Of a DNA stretch of 64,000 nucleotides, positions 28,941 to 64,000 are shown in pieces. A model generated the notes under the pieces. The model did no database searches and was not told the DNA's origin. It saw only the letters and a list, made by a program, of their open reading frames with translations. Where the stretch lies: positions 2,170,001 through 2,234,000 of the forward strand of contig OZ024750.1 in NCBI GenBank assembly GCA_964016885.1, in the 5' to 3' direction. The position numbers and the translations under genes are program-made. The number at the start of each line of letters is the position of its first letter. Position 1 is the stretch's first letter. The DNA is from Eledone cirrhosa. Its lineage: Eukaryota.

Positions 28941-29768
28941 GAAAATAATAATAATAATGTTAACCTTATATTTGGATATATACATCAGACTTTCACCATG
29001 ACTGTAAATCATCATCATCACCGTTTAATCTCCATTCTAGCAGGGGTTAGACAAGTTGCCCCATTGTGAGGCAAGCCAGGTCAAATGAATATGTTTTGCT
29101 CACACAGAACTGCTTCTGGCTTGGTTTCTTTGGCCCTTCCTAATGCCAACTACATTTACTGGACTGGGTGCTTTTTATCATTTACCAAACAAAAGGTTGG
29201 AGAGGAGTCTCAGTTGTGTCAAAGACATGACAACCTCTCCTGTATCCTGTCCACTCGGTAGAATGTGAGAAACAACAGATCTCTGGTTTGTCTGGGAAAT
29301 CAGTAGTCCTACTTCAGTACTGACATGGTCTATGTATGAAGACCCATCCAGCCCTTGCTAATAAGGAAGGCAGATGTAAAATGACAATGATGATGATGAT
29401 GATAAATATATATATGTATATATACAATATATTAATAAATGGAAACTATATTTATAAAACCATATTTATTTTATTATATATATTTCAAGGGCAACCAAGG
29501 CAAATTATGGTGCACTTTCATCAGATAAAATACAGATTTGTTTTATAAATAAATATTGACATACCCAGAAAAAAAAGACAACCTTAACGGTTGGAGCTTC
29601 CTGGATAGTATATGTATATATGTATATATATGTATGTATGTATATAGAGATAGATGGATGTATATATATATATGTTATGAATTTCTGTAGAAAGGGTGCA
29701 GGAAAGAAGAGTGCTCAATGTATAGTTCAGAACTATTTAATTACATAATAAACAACACAATATAATTA

Positions 29769-29838
29769 TTCCATTACCAAAGGTTTCAGGAGACAAGACA
29801 ATCCTAACAGAAACGTCCAGTACGCTCATCAAATGAAA
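29769..29838 (-). ncRNA. Hammerhead-like motif (C3U core variant, long irregular stem II)
   Basis: Minus strand: TTTCAT-TTGATGAG...GAAA-CC-TTT-GG-TA-ATGGAA; 6-bp stem I, 3-bp stem III, GUA site. Confidence 0.45.
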
Positions 29839-30310
29839 TATTTATGTTATGGATATAAGATTTGAAATTAAAATCTATTAAAAATGAAAGTGAGGCCGGA
29901 TTAATTATATTGTGTTGTCTTTTATTGAATTAAGTATATATATCATCATCATCATCATCGTTTAATGTTCATCTTCCACGCTAGCATGGGTTAGACAGTT
30001 TTGTTCCATTTGATGCGGGATTGGTCGGATCTAGCTGTCAAAACAGCTGGAGCTCAGCCATTGGAGTTCTGACTCTATATATAGGCATGTGGCTGATTGG
30101 TTAGAGAATTGGATTTGCAATCATGAGATTGTGCATTTGATTGCCAGACCGGGTGATGTGTTATATCCTTGAGCAAGGCACTTTATTTCATGTTGCTCCT
30201 TCTACCTGGTGTTGTGACAGATAGATAGTATCAGCAATAGACAGACCAATGGAAACATTGTTTCCTAGGTCCGATTTGACGAAAGTCGATCAACTGTCGA
30301 TATATATATA

Positions 30311-30860
30311 TTTTGTTGGTGCATAATTATTGCGGCCTTTTTTCAAAAATTCGGACACATTCAGCTTTGTTGTTATTGAAGAGTTCGTGGAGGACCCACC
30401 CAGCCAATTTCTATACTTTTCCGACCTTTTTGAGACGACGAACGATGGTCGAATGGTCCACATTGAAGTCTTCGGCCAACATTCTCGTTGTCAAGCTTTT
30501 GTCCTCTTCCACGGCTGCCAAAAGTGCCTGGTCATTGAAATTTGATGGTTGACCTCTTCCTTCTTCATCTGCGAGGTTTGTATCGCCAGAGTTGAACTTC
30601 CTGAACCATCTTTCAACTTGGCTTTTGCTGATTGTTCCTTCACCAAAAAGTTCATTGAGATCGCGAAATGACTGAGGCTGCATTCCAACCTTTCTCGAAG
30701 CGGTAGAGCATAATATGGCGAATGTGGATAGGATTTTCAATACGTATTCTGAAAAGAGAAAACCCCGACATTTAAAGATGTTTTTGTTAAATATTGTTAA
30801 TGTTTTTGTTAAATAAAATTTGTTGTAAAAAAGCCGCAATAACTATGCACCAACCCAATA
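30311..30860 (-). mobile_element. Internally deleted mariner (Tc1/mariner) transposon
   Basis: TIRs gttggtgcataattattgcggc / gccgcaataactatgcaccaac in TA context; transposase HTH fragment (VERWFRKFNSGDTNLADEEGRGQP) up to the WVLHEL motif, frameshifted; DDD domain missing. Confidence 0.9.
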
Positions 30861-31659
30861 TATATATATATATCATTATCATCGTTTAAATCTATTTTCC
30901 ACGCTAGCTTGTGTTCTGTTTAAAGCTAATCCGGTCAGGTAAACTATGTCTAGCTCATACAGAACTATATATATATACGAAGGTGTTATACTTTGAAGCT
31001 TTGTGAAAAATGTAGAAAATAAACAGACTTTCTACCACACTTCATTTCCTTCCAACAATAGTTACACACAACCATAGATTAATAACTTCACCACCACACG
31101 TCACTTCACACTCTTTCGCTTTCCCTACTCCTCCACCCAACTTGACACTGCTACATCATTCTACCGACTCACTACTACAAGAAAGAAAGAAAAAAAAAGA
31201 AAACACTAACAACACCACTTAATAAGGAAATTATGAAATTAATAAATCAACAAATATAAGAGATTACATGACCCCACCTCCTACTTATGTAAATACATAC
31301 CACACAATCCTTTCACCACTTCAAGTATTGAAAAAAACTATCACTTTCAGATTTTAAAATATCAGATAAGAACTACAAAAGGTGGCGTGCTCCAACTTAA
31401 CTTCTCCAACTCTTCTTTTAATGAAGGGATTTTCTCCTGAAATATGAAGGATTAATTAAATACTTTCAAGGTAACATTTCAACATATTTTATCACTATAT
31501 TTAACATTTAACATTCTATTTTTATTGCTGTAGCTCTCTAAAATATAAACACTCTGTTCTGTGAGTATTCATGAAGTTACAGCATTGATTTACAGCATAG
31601 AGATCACTAGTTTGAATCTTATCGTAGCTATTATGTCTAACTCTTGGTAGAATGCAAAG

Positions 31660-32002
31660 CTCTGTTTCCAAGTTTCACTTGAAAAGGAAGGTGGAGAGAG
31701 AAGTAAATGTAATGAGAATGGCCCGTGTGGGTCTGATCTAAGCATGCGCCTGTAAACTGGCTAATTTGAGGAGGAGAGAGGTACCCTTCCTGGGTTTCCT
31801 TTAAGCATCGGGTGCTTCAGGATTGGTGGGGTACCCAAGTCCTCTATTGAGGAATTTTCGTTGTTGTATTTTTCTTGTTATTTTGTTATTATTATTTATA
31901 TTTTTTACACGTTATATATGTTAAACCCCCACTGTCCTTGTCTGTTGTATTGTCCCCTATATGTAGGCCCTTGTAGCCAATAAAGAAATTATTATTATTA
32001 TT
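31660..32002 (+). mobile_element. L1/Tx1-like LINE 3' end; tail fragments also near 640-745, 13920-13995, 32135-32190, 55208-55350 (-)
   Basis: FHLKRKV-like coding remnant followed by a recurring tail ccccactgtccttg..tattgtcccct..gcccttgt.gccaataaagaaa; clade assignment from recall. Confidence 0.45.
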
Positions 32003-32350
32003 GGAGTCCCAGTCACAGATGTTATTTAACTGGAAAGTTTGTTCAAATGAACATCAAGCCGCTACCTATTATTAATATTATTTTATTGTTATTTTGTTAT
32101 TGTTATTTATATTGTTTACACGTTGTATATGCAAGGTCCCACTGTCCCTGTCTTTTGTATTGTCCCCTACATGTCGGCCCTTGTGCCAAAATTAGAAACA
32201 ATTATTACCATCATCATAGCTTTGTGTGTGTGTCGATAAAATAAAGTACCAGTAATGTACTGGGATCATTGCTGGCCTTGTGCCAAAAGTAGAAACATTA
32301 TTATTCACTCACAAATACAGAAAATAATTATATTTTTTTAGAGAAGTGCC

Positions 32351-32517
32351 TAAAATTTAGTATAGCTTCGGGCCTGAGCAGGTGAAAGTCCAGCCCTCAC
32401 TGTAGATATATGACAATGTAAAGATGATGGGTAAAATTTAGTATAGCTTCGGGCCTGAGCAGGTGAAAGTCCAGCCCTCACTGTAGATATATGACAATGT
32501 AAAGATGATGGGTAAAA
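32351..32517 (+). repeat. Perfect 81-bp tandem duplication
   Basis: Identical units starting at 32351 and 32432. Confidence 0.9.
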
Positions 32518-32625
32518 ATAAATTATACTGCAAGCTCTTAGTAAAGGTAAATCAAGGATGACTTTAGGTGAAATAAATAAATCTTAAAGCATCACACTTG
32601 AAACCTGAGAACATATGACATGATG

Positions 32626-32797
32626 TACCATATTTCCTGGTGCCGAAGACCCTTCGTCCTTCAGGACGCACCCTAATTTTGACAATCAAAAATTTGAAAA
32701 AAACTAATAAACAACCTTTGGCCTCTAGGACTCATGGTAGATTTTTGAGACTTATTTTAGGAAAAAAGTAACGTCTTTGATGCCGGGAAATACAGTA
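32626..32797. mobile_element. pogo/Tigger-like MITE (TACCGTATTT-type ends)
   Basis: taccatatttcctggtgccgaagac ... gtctttgatgccgggaaatacagta. Confidence 0.5.
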
Positions 32798-32853
32798 AAT
32801 TGAAGATGTTTTATTGTGTAAATCCATAAATTATAAGTAATGACTGTGAGCTC

Positions 32854-33041
32854 TCTCAATGAATAATGCAATCAATTGCCAATATATGAGGAGCAACTTC
32901 TTTTAATTTTGCAATGAATCCATAATGTTTGGCACTGCCTGTTGCAATCTGAAGTAGATTTGACAAAGGGTTCTTTTGTCTTGTAGATAGTCATAAAGAG
33001 CTGCATATATACAATTGATCAGTGTCATTTTATTACATTAC
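32854..33041 (+). repeat. ~190-bp dispersed duplicate of 49620-49819
   Basis: Long identical runs such as ggcactgcctgttgcaatctgaagtagatttgacaaagggttcttttgtcttgtagatagtcataaa; both copies followed by CT-rich tracts. Confidence 0.85.
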
Positions 33042-33054
33042 ATTGCCCCCCCCC

Positions 33055-33100
<46 letters not shown>

Positions 33101-33664
33101 GTATATGTGTAGCATAATCATAAATATTTCGAAGTTTCATTTTCTAATGTTTTACATCCAACACAAACAACACTTATAGCCTCAACTAATATCTACTAAG
33201 TTTTCAGCTGACTTTTAGCAGACCTTTTAAAATGTAACTAGATATACTGATTTAAAGAAGTATAAGTTAACCAACAGATGAAGGGAAATCAAACAACTAG
33301 GGAGGAAGTAATTGTATAATAGCAGAGAATCTTTGTGATTTTTATGGTAGGACTTTCAATCAGAAAGATTAGACAAATCCTATTCTCAAACAATTTACAC
33401 CAGCTGTTGCCTGCCATTTACTGTTTCAACTATTTTCTGCATGTATTTATTTTTCCTCAATGTCTGTTAATAGCTAGATAGAAAAATATTTAAATCTATA
33501 TATAAATTATGACAATTTTCACTGCTATCAATATTAACATCTGCACTTACTGTCAATATGACATGGTGCTGAGAAATAATGACTTTGCAACTGTTTGAAT
33601 TCTTAACAAGATGTTCAATAACATCTTTCTTTTTCTACTTTTTTATATTTGCCCATTTATTTCT

Positions 33665-33842
33665 GAGAGGGTCATTGGGGCAGAGTCCTCAAACACTCCT
33701 TCCAGTGGGTCCTGTCAGAAGCAATTGTCTCCAACTGATCCAGCTGGATCCCCAAACATGACCAGCCAAGCTCATGGATGTTATCCAACCATCTTGCTTG
33801 GGATCTACCACTGGGTCTCTTGCCAGTTGGTTTTGCCTGTAA
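33665..33842 (-). mobile_element. RTE-clade LINE 3' fragment (third family; + strand copy at 25318-25437)
   Basis: Minus strand AKPTGKRPSGRSQARWLDNIHELGWSCLG...ASDRTHWKECL. Confidence 0.6.
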
Positions 33843-33997
33843 AATCTATCTAGCGATTCTTTCCTGAGACATGTTAAGTAACTTTAGATCTTAACTATAG
33901 GTTCTGTCTCCTTCTTGTAATAAAGATTATTGTGAGAACTGGATGAGAATGAAAATCTCATCTCTTACTTAATAAATAAGTACATTCTGTTTGTGTT

Positions 33998-34180
33998 TGG
34001 ATTGGCAGTATCGGTAGAGGGTCGGATGCCATGCTTTCCAGCATAGTTACGTCCCTTTACGATCTGAGTTCAAATCCCGCCGAGGTTGACTTTGCCTTTC
34101 ATCCTTACGGGGTCGATAAAATAAAGTACCAGTAATGCACTGGGTAATTGCTGGCCTTGTGCCTAAAGTAGAAACAGTTA
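33998..34180 (+). mobile_element. SINE, same family
   Basis: Near-identical to the 17759 copy. Confidence 0.9.
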
Positions 34181-34532
34181 TTTGATCAACCAATAATTGT
34201 CATTCCTTTCTATAAAGCTATATACTGCTTTCCACTCTACCATGTATCCTAGTACAAACTGCTTCATGGTTGAGTAGTTGGCAACTAAACCAGCTCCTCC
34301 ACCAGACCCTGGTCTGGGGAGGAGGGTGTGTGGAACCCCAGCAGCACAAAAAAACAAGACAAGAGCTGTTAACGGGCAGATGAACTCTTCAGAGTTAATG
34401 GCCATCTGCCCTAACTATGGGTTAAATAGCCTCACCAACTTGCAATTAGCCAACAGTGGTGAGTACAGCTACACACCTGACATGAACAAAACTAAACAGA
34501 AAGTGGTGGAGGGCAATCAGGGAGGGGTTCTT

Positions 34533-34700
34533 CTAACAGGTGTGAGAAGGCCAATCATATCTGAGGTCGAGGGTCATGGACTTATTGACCAGCACTCTCC
34601 ATCTTTTCCTGTCTCTTGCCATTGCTGTACATTCCACCAAACTCCTTCCTCTCCATTCCTTTATATCCTTTTCAGCCGTCCCCTGGTCCTCAATATATAA
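34533..34700 (-). mobile_element. RTE-clade LINE 3' fragment
   Basis: KDIKEW.G.SL.EC..MARDR.RWR.LV motif. Confidence 0.6.
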
Positions 34701-34800
34701 ACGTTTCATATTTGTCACCTAACATAATCCTTTTGTGATTATTTCAGGTGCTAATTAACAAGCTTTACACAATACCTTGGTGTTTACAAAAACAGGTAAA

Positions 34801-63308
<28,508 letters not shown>

Positions 63309-63356
63309 GTAAGTAAAATAAAAATATTTCTATGAACAATATTGGTTCTTGTTGGC

Positions 63357-63417
<61 letters not shown>

Positions 63418-63454
63418 AGGAATAAACAGAGCTGGCATATCTAAGAACTGACTA

Positions 63455-63512
63455 ACTGCCTGATGAGGTCATAGCCATTTAATGGCTATCATCGAAATAT
63501 ATATATAGCAGT
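63455..63512 (+). ncRNA. Type I hammerhead ribozyme (complete core)
   Basis: Stem I ACTGC/GCAGT; core CTGATGA at 63460; stem II GGT-c-ATAGCCAT/ATGGCTAT-c-ATC; GAAA at 63494; stem III ATA-TATA-TAT; cleavage triplet AUA (after 63507); lies in a ~145-bp element between (TA)n tracts. Confidence 0.8.
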
Positions 63513-63553
63513 AAATAAAGGATTATGAGTTCATGCAATTGACTTATGTTTCG

Positions 63554-63584
<31 letters not shown>

Positions 63585-64000
63585 CAAATTATGTTTTTTT
63601 TTTATTGTGGAATGAAATTTTTATCATCATCATCAACATTTAAAGTCTGCTTTCCTTACTAACTAAAAGTTAAGTTTTTTCCCAAGTGGTTGTGTAGGTG
63701 TCATGACAAAAAGCACCCAGTCCACGCTGTAAAATGAACTAAGCTCTTTTGATTTTATTCTTTCAAATTGTTGTTTTAGTAAGTTATTTCCCTTGAAATA
63801 AAATATTACCAAGAAAGACAAGATCGATGAATTAAGTATAAAATATTTACATTTAACCCCTCTAATAAAAGTTTATATTAAAATATTTCTTCTGGCTGAC
63901 AGGGAAAAGCAATAAAGTATTAGAGTTGAGGAATTATAACAGAAAACTATATTGCTGTGGGTGTAAAATTATTATGAATTAAATGATAGAAATATTTTAG

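Noticed and set aside
30984-31476. Solo LTR (TGTTA...TAACA)
   Set aside because: No target-site duplication; inverted ends plus a decayed hammerhead fit a Penelope-like remnant equally well

Overview
Very AT-rich, microsatellite-dense eukaryotic DNA. The repeat repertoire looks like an octopus/coleoid cephalopod genome (inference from recalled repeat families, not a database match). Two host genes are supported. One is a single-coding-exon CD225/dispanin (PRRT1/IFITM-like) membrane protein at 8365-8802 (+). The other is a TBC1D2/TBC1D2B-like PH + coiled-coil + Rab-GAP gene (+): I assembled 17 phase-consistent coding exons by hand (34801-63308, 719 codons, probably including one GC-AG intron), and it continues past the window end. 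The rest is mobile DNA: many tRNA-derived SINEs, RTE/CR1/Tx1 LINE fragments, mariner, hAT, piggyBac, pogo and Helitron-type elements, and foldback elements. The most notable hidden layer is Penelope-like. It includes a Naiad-type GIY-YIG endonuclease frame missed by the ORF track (41489-41971, -), and about a dozen hammerhead ribozyme motifs. Three of those have complete cores and lie in sense orientation inside introns of the TBC gene. Other unusual structures are a foldback element with two convergent tRNA-like Pol III promoters, tandem reiteration of retroelement 5' ends, and inverted duplications templated across (TA)n tracts. Most long ORFs in the supplied track are microsatellite artefacts.
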